A stretch of 36,977 bases of DNA, taken from the NCBI GenBank assembly GCA_038046605.1, contig JBBSVW010000096.1:1-36977 (forward strand), given 5' to 3'. Origin of the DNA: Candidatus Micrarchaeota archaeon (GTDB lineage: Archaea > Micrarchaeota > Micrarchaeia > Norongarragalinales > SBBD01). The notes under the pieces were generated by a model. The model was not told the origin of the DNA and did not search any database. It saw only the letters and a list, made by a program, of their open reading frames with translations. Shown here in pieces: positions 27,229 to 36,686 of this stretch. A program made the position numbers and the translations under genes. Every line of letters begins with the position of its first letter. Positions within the stretch are counted from its first letter, which is position 1.

Positions 27229-27244
27229 TACTTACATATAAGTA
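27229..27244. promoter_or_regulatory. palindromic operator of TA pair
   Basis: TACTTA-CATA-TAAGTA after TTAAATA. Confidence 0.5.
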
Positions 27245-27256
27245 TGAGAGATTTGG

Positions 27257-27478
27257 ATGGCGAAAAAGGAATATTATTTTTCGGACCACTACCACCAGGA
27301 AAGGGAGCGCAATGTAAACCAGGGGCTGGTGATCAATTGCGTCCATCAAGGAAAGCGGGAATTGGAGGAGGCGCCTAACAAATTCAAAAGCAGGAAATTT
27401 TTTGAGAGGGGGGAATTGATAGTCATCTTCATGGAATTTGAAGATTATTTTTACATAATTACGGCTTTTGGAACGTGA
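27257..27478 (+). CDS. DUF4258-like (RelE/BrnT-fold) putative toxin
   Basis: FSDH N-terminus and IITAF C-terminus. Confidence 0.6.
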   Translation: MAKKEYYFSDHYHQERERNVNQGLVINCVHQGKRELEEAPNKFKSRKFFERGELIVIFMEFEDYFYIITAFGT

Positions 27479-27490
27479 GAGGCGATAGAT

Positions 27491-27832
27491 ATGAAATTTG
27501 AGGGAAAGGCGTGCCCAATTTGCGGGAAGGGAAAAATGGAGGCAATAAGGCACGAAGCCGATCCAGGCATTTACGTCGATGCCTACAAGTGCAATAAATG
27601 CGGCGAGATCGCATATGCTGAGCGCATAATAAAGATTCTAGAAGCAATAGGAAATCGCGGCAAAGAGGAGCGCCACATGGTCAAAGTGGGTTCATCCCTG
27701 GCGGTGACCATTCCGGCTGCTTTCGTGAAGAAACTGGGGCTTAGGCCAAAGGATCCGGTCCATATCTCGATGGATGAAAATTCGCTCCTCATTACAAGGG
27801 GTCAAAGAATGGGCGCGCTTCGCCAAATATAG
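27491..27832 (+). CDS. Zn-ribbon (YgiT/MqsA-like) plus AbrB-domain antitoxin
   Basis: CPICG..CNKCGE; KVGSSLAVTIP..LGL. Confidence 0.8.
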   Translation: MKFEGKACPICGKGKMEAIRHEADPGIYVDAYKCNKCGEIAYAERIIKILEAIGNRGKEERHMVKVGSSLAVTIPAAFVKKLGLRPKDPVHISMDENSLLITRGQRMGALRQI

Positions 27833-27999
27833 CAACAAATTGCATACTTATTTAAACCTCTTTCACCTCAAATAGTTGCTAATTCTGCTGGTTTTATCCG
27901 GCGATTTTTGGGGGCATTTAGGAATATTTTTGCCTACGCCCCTCCATATATTTATTTCAACCAAAAGGGGTATAATTTTCAACTAAAAGGCAGGTAAAT

Positions 28000-29535
28000 A
28001 TGATAGTAATTCTTGATTTTGGCGGCCAATTCGTCCATTTGATTGCAAGGCGCATCAAGGATTTTGGCGCAAGCGCAAGGATTCTTCCCTACGCAACGCC
28101 TGCAGCCGAAATAAAGAAACTAAAACCGGTTGGGATCATCCTTTCGGGTGGACCGGCTGCAATAACAGGGAAAAATGCGATCCATCCCGACTACAAAATA
28201 TTCGAGCTAGGGGTACCAATCCTTGGGATTTGCTACGGCGAGCAGATGATTGCGCACCATTTTGGGGGTAAACTAGCATTCCGGGGCGACCAGAGGCAAT
28301 ATGGGAAGGAGATGATGAAAACATCCAAGCACTCCGAACTTTTCAAGGGAATGAAAACTGATGAGCAGGTCTGGATGTCCCACGGGGATGCCGTAACGCA
28401 GCTTCCGGCGGGTTTTGAAATCACCGGCTCAACCGAAAAATGCCCGATAGCGGCATTTGAAAACCGCGCCAGGAAATTATACGGGCTGCAGTTCCATCCG
28501 GAAGTCGCGCACACCCTAAATGGAAGCAAAATGTATGAGAATTTCGTATACAATGTTTGTGGCGCTAGGAAAGATTATTCCCTAAAGGGGCTCGACCAAT
28601 TGCTTATTTCTGAAATTCAAAAGGATGCTAAGGGCGCAGGAGTCCTCATTGCTGTTTCCGGCGGCGTTGATTCGCTTGTCACAGCTGCCCTCATCCACAA
28701 GGCGGTTCCCGAGCAGCTCTATAGCGTTTTCATCGACACTGGTTTAATGAGGAAAGGGGAAGTAGAAGAGACGGAAAAATTTTTCAAGCAAATGGGCTTT
28801 AGGCATTTTGAGATGATCAATGCCTCGGCAATTTTCCTTGGGAAGCTTAAGGGAGTGATTGATCCCGAGCAAAAGCGAAAAATTATAGGGCACACATTCA
28901 TCGAGGTTTTTGAAAAGAAGGCGCGCGAGCTTGGAAAAAAAGCGGCAATAGGCTATTTGGCGCAAGGGACGATATATCCCGACCGCATTGAGAGTGCGCA
29001 GGCATCAAAAGCGGCAGACAAAATCAAGAGCCATCACAATTTGACACTTCCGGAAAAGATGAATTTGAAATTGATTGAACCATTAAAAGAGCTCTACAAG
29101 GATGAGGTAAGGGCCCTAGGCGAACTTGTTGGGCTTCCAAAACTGCGTGTTTGGAGGCAGCCATTCCCAGGGCCTGGGCTAGCAATCCGCATTGTTGGGG
29201 AGGTAACTCCAGAGAATGTAAGGATTGTCCGTGAGGCCGATTTCATTTTCAGGGATGAAATCGCAAAAGCTGGTTTGGAGGATAAAATTTGGCAGTATTT
29301 TGCGGCCCTCCTTCCGATCAAGACGGTTGGTGTAATGGCAGATGAGCGCACCTATGAATACATCATTACGCTTCGAGCGGTTACAAGCAAGGATGGCATG
29401 ACTGCTGATTGGGCAAAAATCCCCTACGATGTGCTGGAAAAAATAAGCAGCCGGATTTCAAATGATGTCAGGGGCGTAAACCGTGTCGTGTATGACGTGA
29501 GCCAAAAGCCGCCGGCAACGATTGAATACGAATAG
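28000..29535 (+). CDS. guaA: GMP synthase (fused glutaminase plus synthetase)
   Basis: LDFGGQ, GICYG, QFHPE, SGGVDS, KSHHN and KPPATIEYE motifs. Confidence 0.97.
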   Translation: MIVILDFGGQFVHLIARRIKDFGASARILPYATPAAEIKKLKPVGIILSGGPAAITGKNAIHPDYKIFELGVPILGICYGEQMIAHHFGGKLAFRGDQRQYGKEMMKTSKHSELFKGMKTDEQVWMSHGDAVTQLPAGFEITGSTEKCPIAAFENRARKLYGLQFHPEVAHTLNGSKMYENFVYNVCGARKDYSLKGLDQLLISEIQKDAKGAGVLIAVSGGVDSLVTAALIHKAVPEQLYSVFIDTGLMRKGEVEETEKFFKQMGFRHFEMINASAIFLGKLKGVIDPEQKRKIIGHTFIEVFEKKARELGKKAAIGYLAQGTIYPDRIESAQASKAADKIKSHHNLTLPEKMNLKLIEPLKELYKDEVRALGELVGLPKLRVWRQPFPGPGLAIRIVGEVTPENVRIVREADFIFRDEIAKAGLEDKIWQYFAALLPIKTVGVMADERTYEYIITLRAVTSKDGMTADWAKIPYDVLEKISSRISNDVRGVNRVVYDVSQKPPATIEYE

Positions 29536-29604
29536 AAGAATAGGGATAATCTGGAGAATAGGGAATAAAACCAATTCTGTCCACCAAATTTATCCAGCGC
29601 CATG

Positions 29605-29880
29605 CTAGGGCTTGTAGCGCCTTACTAGTTCGTAAAGCAAATTGATTTCACTTTGCTTGATCCTCCCTTTTTCAAGCATGGATGATCGAAGTGCGCTAAG
29701 GAATGCCGAATGCTCGGGCTCCATGCTGGGCGGCGTGCTCGTTTGCGACTGGGATTCGTGCAATTTCTCCACAGCGCCCCATGCATTCCTGTACCAAAAA
29801 TGATTCCGGGGGTAAATATTATCCCCGCCACCCTTCTTGAAATCCCCGATTTTCCGCCTTCTTTTTTGAGGTTCCGCCAT
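29605..29880 (-). CDS. hypothetical protein
   Basis: SD GGTGA before ATG; 91 aa. Confidence 0.5.
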   Translation of the reverse strand: MAEPQKRRRKIGDFKKGGGDNIYPRNHFWYRNAWGAVEKLHESQSQTSTPPSMEPEHSAFLSALRSSMLEKGRIKQSEINLLYELVRRYKP

Positions 29881-29909
29881 TTCACCACCCAAGGATGTTT
29901 ATCGAAAAA

Positions 29910-30413
29910 TTATTTCTTTTTCGTTTTTATGTCGATTACGTCCGCAACCGTGAAGCTGTCCTTCCCCTTCCCTTGGAAATCGGAAAGCATTTCTTCCCTA
30001 AGCTTATCCACCTTTCCGGGGATGTTTTCTTCGAGCAATTTTATGGTGAGGAATTTTTCGATCTTTTGCGCAACCTTATGCTCGGGCTTTAGGTGCTCGG
30101 CTTCAAGGCGCTCGATCACATTTTCCGTGATGAAAAGCGTGTTTGCAAGCTGGTGCCTTGTGAGGCCCATTTTTTCCCGTGCGTGGGCAATAATTTTACC
30201 ATATCCATCAACAACCGAATACTCATGCGAAATGGCAGTTGAAATGGTTTGGGATGTCTTGGCACTCGTATTAGAAATTGGCCGGCTCGGAATGGGCGAA
30301 CTTACGGGCTTTCCATACTTTACGCAAACGCCGCAAACCTGAACGCGCGCGCCTTCAACAATTGCCTCCCCCATGGCCGGGTTTCCGCAAATATAGCAAT
30401 CTGGAGTTTTCAT
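29910..30413 (-). CDS. archaeal MBF1 (Zn ribbon plus HTH)
   Basis: CYICG..VEGA..VCGVC..YG; AREKMGLT..LA..IEKFL.IKL. Confidence 0.88.
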   Translation of the reverse strand: MKTPDCYICGNPAMGEAIVEGARVQVCGVCVKYGKPVSSPIPSRPISNTSAKTSQTISTAISHEYSVVDGYGKIIAHAREKMGLTRHQLANTLFITENVIERLEAEHLKPEHKVAQKIEKFLTIKLLEENIPGKVDKLREEMLSDFQGKGKDSFTVADVIDIKTKKK

Positions 30414-30497
30414 TTGTGTTTGCACCACATTCGTTTGTTCCTGCCTATTACCTAACTAGTTAAAAGGCTTGAATTTTTAATTTGCTTGGGTTTTCAA

Positions 30498-31514
30498 ATG
30501 GGAGTTGCAATTGGGGATATCATTACGCATGAGAAGCTTACCTTTGATCAGATCCATGGAAAGATCGCAATCGATGCCTACAACGCGCTCTACCAATTCC
30601 TCTCCATAATAAGGCAGCCGGATGGCACCCCGCTTATGGATTCCCAGGGGAGGGTAACTTCGCATCTTTCGGGGCTTTTTTACCGCACATGCAACATGCT
30701 TGAGAAAGGCTTGCAGCCAATTTATGTTTTCGATGGCCCGCCTTCTGAACTTAAGAGGCGCACATTGGATGAACGCAAAGCGCGAAAACAACTAGCTGCG
30801 GAAGAATTTGTTGCCGCCAAGGAAGCCGGAAAGGAGGCGGAGATGAAAATTTTTGCCCAGCAAACAACCAAGTTAACCAAAGAGATGGCGGGGGAGGCAA
30901 CGCACCTTCTTACGCTTCTTGGGGTTCCGGTAATTCAGGCAAAAAGCGAAGGGGAGGCGCAATGCTCCTACATGTGCAAGGAAGGGCTGGTGGATGCCAC
31001 GGGTTCGCAGGATTATGACGCGCTTTTGTTTGGTACTCCGGTGCTGCTTAAAAATTTGACAATTGCCGGAAGGCGAAAACTTCCAAGGAAAAATATTTTT
31101 GTGGAAGTGGTACCAGAAAGGATAGAGCTTGGACCCAACCTCCAAACACTGGGAATCACTCAGCAAAAGCTCATTTGGATTGGAATTCTTGCCGGCACCG
31201 ATTTCAATAAAGGCATTTACGGGATCGGCGCAAAAAAAGCCCTGAAATTGGTTAAGGAGTTTGACACATTTGAAGGGATCACGCAAAAGCTAGGAAAGGA
31301 AGTTGATTACAAACCGGTGGAAGAGCTATTCATGAATCCGGAGGTAAACAAAGTTACGGAATCCGACATCCAATTTCAGGAGCCAAACCGCGATGGGCTA
31401 TTGAATTACATGCTTGAGCGCAATTTCACTCCGGAGCGCGTGCAGGCGGCGCTTGGACGCGCATTCAAGGAGCCCTTTGGGACGAAGCAAAGCTCGCTAA
31501 ACAAATGGTTCTAG
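30498..31514 (+). CDS. fen: flap endonuclease 1
   Basis: MGV.., DAYNALYQFLSIIRQPDG, EGEAQ, SQDYD, GTDFN and PIP box QSSLNKWF. Confidence 0.97.
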   Translation: MGVAIGDIITHEKLTFDQIHGKIAIDAYNALYQFLSIIRQPDGTPLMDSQGRVTSHLSGLFYRTCNMLEKGLQPIYVFDGPPSELKRRTLDERKARKQLAAEEFVAAKEAGKEAEMKIFAQQTTKLTKEMAGEATHLLTLLGVPVIQAKSEGEAQCSYMCKEGLVDATGSQDYDALLFGTPVLLKNLTIAGRRKLPRKNIFVEVVPERIELGPNLQTLGITQQKLIWIGILAGTDFNKGIYGIGAKKALKLVKEFDTFEGITQKLGKEVDYKPVEELFMNPEVNKVTESDIQFQEPNRDGLLNYMLERNFTPERVQAALGRAFKEPFGTKQSSLNKWF

Positions 31515-31680
31515 ATGAAATAAGGATTAAACTTTTCGGATTAAGATTTCAAAACGCGTTTCACTGATTGTCGAAGTTCCAAGGGAAACAAAATCATTAA
31601 TAAACGTTTAGCAGCCTATTAGTTTTGGATATTTTTTTTGTTGTTCGAGTGCAAAAGCATTTTACCCTAGGGTGATTGCC

Positions 31681-31806
31681 ATGCAAGTGATGAGAATGGA
31701 AACAAAGCAAGTGCAAATCAAGAAAAAGAAGCCCGAACTCCCGGTCCTTGAGGATGACACGGATAACCTCTGGGAGGAGGAGAAGGCAGAAAAGGAAGAA
31801 GAGTAG
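31681..31806 (+). CDS. small basic/acidic protein (36-41 aa)
   Basis: MQVMRMETKQVQIKKKKPELPVLEDDTDNLWEEEKAEKEEE*; SD GGTGA; fills an otherwise empty gap. Confidence 0.5.
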   Translation: MQVMRMETKQVQIKKKKPELPVLEDDTDNLWEEEKAEKEEE

Positions 31807-31960
31807 GATTTTGCAAATTGCTTTACTTATTTTACCCCAAAATACCAACCTGACGCCAAATTTTATTTTATAACTAGCCGCCTATTTGCAAAAATGGGAA
31901 AGATTGAAATCAGCAGCAATAATAGCGTAAAACCCGCCCCACCATCCAGAATTTTTTTTG

Positions 31961-32350
31961 CTAATGTATCCGGACTATTCCCCTGAACCTATCAAAATCC
32001 GAATCGTACGATAGGATTTTTGAAATGCCATTTTCCTTCATCACAAGGACGCTTAGGGAATCGCAAAGGCTTAGGCCTGCGTATTTTTTCAATATTTCAA
32101 GCCCCAGCTCGACTTTTTGCTCATCGGCATAAACGATTTTCATGCGCGAATTATCCAGAATGCGTCGCCCAACGCCATAGGCAAATTCGCTACCGCAGTT
32201 ATTCATAAGCCAATCAATGGTTTCTTCCAAGATATGGTCGGTAATTACGCACGTTTCAGATATACCGCTCCAAAGTTCAACCGAACGGGCGTTCCTCTCC
32301 TCTTTATTTGTGAAAAGTGAGATGAGGAAAGAGGAATCGACCATCAACAT
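31961..32350 (-). CDS. vapC: PIN-domain VapC-like toxin
   Basis: VDSS, ILEE, SLCDSLS and SYDSDFD motifs. Confidence 0.88.
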   Translation of the reverse strand: MLMVDSSFLISLFTNKEERNARSVELWSGISETCVITDHILEETIDWLMNNCGSEFAYGVGRRILDNSRMKIVYADEQKVELGLEILKKYAGLSLCDSLSVLVMKENGISKILSYDSDFDRFRGIVRIH

Positions 32351-32362
32351 AACAACCAACCG

Positions 32363-32650
32363 CTAATCAAAGCCCATTTTCTCAAGCTCCTTTTGGGCGT
32401 TGAATTTTTTCAGGCCAACTCCATTTGCAATTCCAACCAAGTCCAACAAATCGTATTTTTTGCCGCTCTTCCTGCTTGGGACCTTTGGCAGATCCAGCTC
32501 GAGTGCAAAATCCATGGCGGAATCGATTGCCTCGATATCCGTCACATCCTTTCCGTTGCGTTCCATGAGCCTCGCCTTATACTTTACAATTTTGGGCGCT
32601 GTGCGCCTTGCTATCTTCTTTGTGATGTATGCCTCCACGCCTACCACCAA
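32363..32650 (-). CDS. putative antitoxin
   Basis: Small ORF directly upstream of vapC; LLDLVGI VapB-like tail. Confidence 0.6.
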   Translation of the reverse strand: MVVGVEAYITKKIARRTAPKIVKYKARLMERNGKDVTDIEAIDSAMDFALELDLPKVPSRKSGKKYDLLDLVGIANGVGLKKFNAQKELEKMGFD

Positions 32651-32763
32651 TTACACTTATTACACCAAAGGATAAAAAGCTTGCGGGGGGTGGCTTCCGG
32701 TGGGCAATAAGAAAAAAATTAGGCAAAGGTTAAATCCCCAAAACGGATTTTCTCGCTTTTCCT

Positions 32764-32802
32764 TCAATAAATAACGAAGTTTATGCAAAGCGCATTGATT
32801 TG
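32764..32802 (-). repeat. diverged duplicate of the glyA 3' end
   Basis: QINALCINFVIY* vs glyA 32879-32917 [12 protein letters not shown]; 26/39 nt identical; five synonymous codon changes. Confidence 0.85.
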
Positions 32803-32878
32803 CCCCATTAATTTGCCCACCTAATTAGGAGGGTGGGCGGCGACACGTGGGAGGGAACCTTAGGTTCCCTTTGGGGTG
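32803..32878. other. multi-hairpin insert between glyA and its duplicated tail
   Basis: CCCCA/TGGGG outer stem enclosing GCCCACC/GGTGGGC and AGGGAACC-TTA-GGTTCCCT. Confidence 0.55.
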
Positions 32879-34108
32879 TCAATAAATCACAAAATTCTTG
32901 CACAATCCCCTAATTTCCTCCCTTACCTTCAATTTGGTTGGCGCATCCGTCCGATTCGTGAGGGTTTTGTGAATTAATCTGGCTATCTCCTTCATTTCGG
33001 ATTCCTTCATTCCCCTGCTTGTGATTGCCGGCGTGCCGAGCCGGATTCCGGATGGATCAAGTGGCGCCCTCTTATCGAATGGGATCATGTTCTTGTTTGT
33101 GTAAATGCCAACCTCATCAAGGACTGCTTCAGCTTCCTTGCCGGTGATTCCCTTCTCGAAAACATCAATGAGCATCAGGTGGTTATCCGTTCCGTTGGAA
33201 ACGAGCCGGTAGCCATAGCCCATGAGCTCTTCCGCAAGCACTTTGGCATTCTTGACAATTTGCCTTGCGTATTCCTTGAATTCCGGCTGGAGCGCCTCCT
33301 TGAAGGCGACTGCTTTTGCCGCATTCACGTGATCATGCGGCCCCCCCTGCAAACCGGGGAAAACCGCCTTGTCGATTTGCTTAGCAAATTGCTCCTTGCA
33401 CATGATCATGGCGCCCCTTGGGCCCCTTAGGGTTTTATGGGTGGTCGTGGAAACCACATCGAAATAGGGAACGGGGTTTTCGTGTACACCAGCTGCGCAT
33501 AATCCGGCGATATGGGCAATATCCGCAAAGGTGTAAGCTCCGATTTCATCTGCAATTTCCTTGAATTTCCTGAAATCGAGGGTTCTGGGGTAGGCGGAAA
33601 AACCTGCCAGGATCATTTTGGGCTTTTCTGCGATTGCAAGGCGCCTAACCTCATCATAGTCAATCAAACCAGTTTCGGGATCTACCCCATAAGGGATGAT
33701 TTTGTAGAACCTTCCGGAGAAGTTGAGTGGGTGCCCGTGGGTGAGATGACCGCCGTGCGCAAGGTTCATTCCAAGCACTTTGTCGCCAATTTCCAATAGG
33801 GCATAATAAACGGCGAAATTCGCCGGCGAACCCGAATAGGGCTGCACGTTCACGTGCTGCGCGTTGAAGAGCAATTTTGCCCTTGCAACCGCAATATCCT
33901 CCATTTGGTCAATGTATTCGTTCCCGCCATAGTAGCGCTTGTGGGGGACGCCTTCGGAGTACTTGTTTGTCATTATGGAGCCTAATGCTTCCAGCACTGC
34001 TTTTGAAACATAATTCTCGGACGGGATCATCTCCACCCCTTCCATCTGGCGCTTTTTCTCGTTTTCGATTGTTGCCGCAATTTCCGGATCGAATTTTTCC
34101 AAGTACAT
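32879..34108 (-). CDS. glyA: serine hydroxymethyltransferase
   Basis: [34 protein letters not shown] and SGIRLGTPA motifs. Confidence 0.97.
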   Translation of the reverse strand: MYLEKFDPEIAATIENEKKRQMEGVEMIPSENYVSKAVLEALGSIMTNKYSEGVPHKRYYGGNEYIDQMEDIAVARAKLLFNAQHVNVQPYSGSPANFAVYYALLEIGDKVLGMNLAHGGHLTHGHPLNFSGRFYKIIPYGVDPETGLIDYDEVRRLAIAEKPKMILAGFSAYPRTLDFRKFKEIADEIGAYTFADIAHIAGLCAAGVHENPVPYFDVVSTTTHKTLRGPRGAMIMCKEQFAKQIDKAVFPGLQGGPHDHVNAAKAVAFKEALQPEFKEYARQIVKNAKVLAEELMGYGYRLVSNGTDNHLMLIDVFEKGITGKEAEAVLDEVGIYTNKNMIPFDKRAPLDPSGIRLGTPAITSRGMKESEMKEIARLIHKTLTNRTDAPTKLKVREEIRGLCKNFVIY

Positions 34109-34263
34109 GAAAATGCACCCCGCTCAAATCAGAATGAATATAATAATCAAACAGGGAGGAAATTATTAAATATGGGCATGGCATGGCCCGGAACCAACAA
34201 GCCATTTGGATTGGCCCTTCGTCCTCCATTTTTCTGGCGGTGCAAAAGAAAGGAAAAGGCCCC

Positions 34264-34887
34264 TCATATTATTTCACCTGCCGACAACGCAAATTCCCAA
34301 AAACGTTCCTCCCCGGATAAAACCACCCTATCCTTCCAGATGCTTTTGTAGATCGGCTCCTTATGCCAATTCTTGGCAAGGCTTGCAAGGCTTATTACAG
34401 AGGGGGATATGGCATAATTGAACCCCCTCTCGAAGATTTTTACCTCTAGCTCCAATCTCTTTGCAATATTGCCGCCCCCATTAGTGGCCAAAAGAAAGTC
34501 AACATCGCTGGAGCGTGCCGCTTGGTTCCGGGCAGCGCTTCCAAAAAGCAAGGCAAATGCCACGGATCCGTTAAAATCCGATTTAAGTTTTTTTAGCAGT
34601 TCAAAAATCATTGGGGCAATGGGGGTTTGCGAAAGAAAGAATGCTTTCCGCTCAAATTCAAGCACTGCGAGCAATTTTGCAACTGTTTCGTTTCGCCTGT
34701 TTATCGAAAAGAACACCTGCTTTCCTTTTGGTTTTTTTATCAGCACGCCCTCTTTTGAGAGCAAATCAAGGTAATGGAGGGCCCTTTCATGGCTTACCCT
34801 GGTTTCAACCTCAATTTCCTTTGCGTACTTTTCTGCGAACGGGGCAAACAAAAACGCCCCTAGCACCTGGTATTTTGGTTCAAGCAT
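34264..34887 (-). CDS. wHTH plus minimal nucleotidyltransferase (MNT)
   Basis: N-terminal wHTH; LFGSAAR..SDVD. Confidence 0.85.
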   Translation of the reverse strand: MLEPKYQVLGAFLFAPFAEKYAKEIEVETRVSHERALHYLDLLSKEGVLIKKPKGKQVFFSINRRNETVAKLLAVLEFERKAFFLSQTPIAPMIFELLKKLKSDFNGSVAFALLFGSAARNQAARSSDVDFLLATNGGGNIAKRLELEVKIFERGFNYAISPSVISLASLAKNWHKEPIYKSIWKDRVVLSGEERFWEFALSAGEII

Positions 34888-35300
34888 GGGATAATATCCC
34901 AAGCAGCATATTTAAGGGTTTGTTTTCCGACTTTAAAGTTGATTTTCCAACAAGTGTGCATTGGAGGCATGCATGCACCTTGGCCATGCGTAATTGCAGG
35001 CAGCCGGCTTTTGCACATCATAAGTTTTCGCTTGGGATGAGTGGATCGATAGGTTTTGCGCCACGGAACCAATCTTCGCACCACGGACTAGCTGAAAACC
35101 CGGCGATTGGGGGGGTGGTACCGGAAGTGCAATAATACGGCTTTTGGGGGTAGAAGCGGATTTTTGGTTCAATGATGCCGTTTCAAGAGGCAAAGGCAGA
35201 TCAAGGCGGGAACGACGGCTGAGATTGAGGAGGGGGCGGGAAGGCTTCGGGCGTATTTACCAGTAAATTTACCTTAAATTACATTAAATCAATTAAGACT

Positions 35301-36686
35301 TTATGTTTTAATGTTTTCTAGCAAGTATTTTGAGGATCTAAAAAGGCCTATTTTCTTTAGGACCCCTTGCGCTACCAGGTCGTTCAGGTCGGTAATTGCC
35401 GTCGGATGGCTAATACCAGCAAGTTTGGCGTATTCAGGCGCAGTAAGGCTTTTGTGGGCTTTCAAATACGAAATAGCCTTCGACTGGCGTTCGGTCACTA
35501 CCCCATAGGGCCTTGATTTTCTTCCTGACAACGGGCCGTAAAGCGTAACCTTAAACATTCCTCCCAAATTTTCAAACTCCGGATCTGGCAATTTGGTCTC
35601 CCGCAAGGTGCGGTAAATCAGCCTAATCCCCAAGTTTAGGCCCTCGCCCCATTTACTGTAATTCAACAACGTATACGTAATTGGATTCCTGTGCTTTTTC
35701 GTTTTTGCAAAGTTTTTGAGGGTAAGGCCGGGCAGAAGGCTTCCGGGATTTGTAACCTCGAGCCTGTCATCGAAAATTTCAATCAGGGTTCCATTGGGAT
35801 CAAAATAATCCCTGTGCCCAACAGCGTTCGTAAGCACCTCGCGCAACACTTCATCCGGTATCATCGGCGTTTCGACGCGTTTACCATCAACTATGCGCCC
35901 TACTGTGCCGGTTTTTTCCTTAATTGCCTTGAAAATCGCTTCAAGCAATTCCGGCAATGTATCGATAAACCGATGATCGTATTCCCGGGCCTCGAGGCTT
36001 TTTTCCTTACCTCGGTATTTGACTATGCGAACTTCCGGGTTCATGAAGAAGCGTTGGATGTCTTTGGAAAAGAAAAGTACCGCAGCATTCTTCAAAAAGA
36101 ACTCGCCCAAATTGTTCGCCACGCCAAGGCTTGCAAGAAGCGATTCTAACGGGATTGGCTTATGGTCTTTGGAGTCCACGCCCCTTTTTTCCAATAGCCC
36201 GTATATTTTTTCCTTGTCCAGGTCATCCAAAGTGGCAACCGATTTGTTTTCCTCAAAGGTTACCGTCCCTCTTTGCTGCAGAAACTTAACCAAGTTATGC
36301 CCGGAAATTTCTTCATTAACAGAACCCACACGGCGATAAGCAGTTTTTTTGAAAAAACCAACTTCGGATAGGGGTAGGGGTTCGACACGAATTTCCATCA
36401 AAACCTTGCCATCGTGTTTGTGTTCGGTGGGCCGATAATAGGGTTTTGGGTGAATCTGGGAAACAACGGCTGCGAGTTTTTGAAATTCCGAATCGATATC
36501 CTTTATCCCAACAACAAACGACTGCCCTTTTTGTTTTTCGACTCCAATTAACAGGTAACCGCCAAAAGTGTTTGCAAAGGCGCAAATCGTACGGCAAACT
36601 GCTTCCGGGAATTCCAGGCTCTTTTTGAATTCCAGGCTTGTGCCTTCCGATGCTTCAAGCAACTGATTGAACTGGGCTATTTCCAT
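35301..36686 (-). CDS. AlbA_2 (Schlafen-like) plus HATPase_c_4 plus HTH protein
   Basis: EGTSLEFK, AFANTFGGYLLIGV, REVLTNAVGHRDY, NPG, RNP and a C-terminal HTH. Confidence 0.85.
   Translation of the reverse strand: MEIAQFNQLLEASEGTSLEFKKSLEFPEAVCRTICAFANTFGGYLLIGVEKQKGQSFVVGIKDIDSEFQKLAAVVSQIHPKPYYRPTEHKHDGKVLMEIRVEPLPLSEVGFFKKTAYRRVGSVNEEISGHNLVKFLQQRGTVTFEENKSVATLDDLDKEKIYGLLEKRGVDSKDHKPIPLESLLASLGVANNLGEFFLKNAAVLFFSKDIQRFFMNPEVRIVKYRGKEKSLEAREYDHRFIDTLPELLEAIFKAIKEKTGTVGRIVDGKRVETPMIPDEVLREVLTNAVGHRDYFDPNGTLIEIFDDRLEVTNPGSLLPGLTLKNFAKTKKHRNPITYTLLNYSKWGEGLNLGIRLIYRTLRETKLPDPEFENLGGMFKVTLYGPLSGRKSRPYGVVTERQSKAISYLKAHKSLTAPEYAKLAGISHPTAITDLNDLVAQGVLKKIGLFRSSKYLLENIKT

Noticed and set aside
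29536-29570. AGAATAGGGA repeats after guaA as a tail duplicate
   Set aside because: Only 10 nt and not in a consistent frame.
31576-31611. Sixth duplicated tail (fen)
   Set aside because: Resemblance to KQSSLNKWF* needs several indels; too weak.
34920-35290. tRNA, SRP or RNase P RNA in the GC-rich gap
   Set aside because: No T-loop/cloverleaf or SRP/RNase P signature seen; ORFs unrecognisable; probably decayed sequence.
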